From an uncultured Clostridia bacterium (GTDB lineage Bacteria; Bacillota; Clostridia; TANB77; CAG-508): DNA of 47,495 bases. A model generated the notes under the pieces. The model was not told the origin of the DNA. It made no database searches and saw only the letters and a list, made by a program, of their open reading frames with translations. The stretch lies in NCBI GenBank assembly GCA_944388675.1, contig CALXJR010000002.1:1-47495 (forward strand), written 5' to 3'. The stretch's first letter is position 1, and each line of letters opens with the position of its first letter. The position numbers and the translations under genes are program-made. Below are positions 47,336-47,495 of this stretch, piece by piece.

Positions 47336-47363
47336 AAATAATTTCACCTTTTCTTGTGTTCTA

Positions 47364-47495
47364 CTATTTGTCTATATCAACATTCTTATTTGGATCTTCT
47401 CTATCTGGAACTAATGGAATAACCATAAAGTCATTTCCTAAAACCGCTTCCTTTGAATTTTGTGGTGGCATTTCTATTGTGTTTTGTCTTTCATT
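47364..47495 (-). CDS. 3' end (43 codons) of an unidentified gene upstream of the T4CP gene. Its start lies beyond the right edge.
   Basis: The frame is open from the window edge to TAG at 47366-47364 (..MPPQNSKEAVLGNDFMVIPLVPDREDPNKNVDIDK*). The T4CP SD follows directly. Confidence 0.4.
   Translation of the reverse strand, partial: NERQNTIEMPPQNSKEAVLGNDFMVIPLVPDREDPNKNVDIDK

Larger units (their letters stand above)
45191..47495 (-). mobile_element. Probable edge of an integrated conjugative element (only the T4CP and the tail of one upstream gene are visible)
   Basis: The T4CP gene is the last gene before a strong terminator and SOS-regulated core genes. Another open frame continues to the right window edge. 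Confidence 0.4.

Noticed and set aside
1-47495. rRNA, tRNA, riboswitch, T-box, CRISPR, IS elements
   Set aside because: No GC-rich ~75-nt cloverleaf-like islands, rRNA-like segments, short repeat-spacer arrays, transposase ORFs or terminal inverted repeats were seen in any intergenic region. Detection by eye is limited, so tRNAscan/Infernal should confirm.

Overview
AT-rich (roughly 25-30% GC by eye) Firmicutes/Clostridia-like chromosomal window, almost entirely transcribed on the minus strand. The main feature is missing from the supplied ORF track. Positions 1-15450 are one uninterrupted minus-strand reading frame (ATG at 15450 with a GGAGG SD, 5,150 codons, no stop before the window edge). 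It encodes a giant mosaic cell-surface adhesin-like protein built from Cna-B-like, MucBP-like and DUF11-like modules plus two beta-propeller-like repeat arrays. To its right lies a small accessory islet: an AbiEi/AbiEii toxin-antitoxin pair flanked by 0.6 kb and 1.05 kb of non-coding DNA. Next come a metallophosphoesterase plus UDPGP-family uridylyltransferase and three small proteins. A core cell-shape operon follows (DUF4321-radC-mreB-mreC-mreD-PBP2-minC, with no minD/minE). After it are mecA, an M23 peptidase, a 1.2 kb almost pure A/T gene-free region, CotF-like spore-coat genes, an NT5C-like nucleotidase, pcrA and an LMW phosphatase. The remainder holds an operon of a COG1373 AAA ATPase with a minimal RLIG1/C12orf29-like ligase, a frameshifted ZIP transporter, two unknown membrane-anchored proteins, prfA, and a YhaO/YhaN (SbcD/SbcC-like) pair. 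The window ends in a VirD4/TraG-type coupling protein that probably marks the edge of a conjugative element. Regulatory signals read directly from the sequence include several TTGACA/TATAAT-type promoters, rho-independent terminators, and two Cheo-type LexA boxes (upstream of pcrA and of yhaO/yhaN). There are also two copies of a 57-bp repeat element and a family of GGGTGAAA/TTTCACCC palindromic hairpins. No rRNA, tRNA or CRISPR array was seen.
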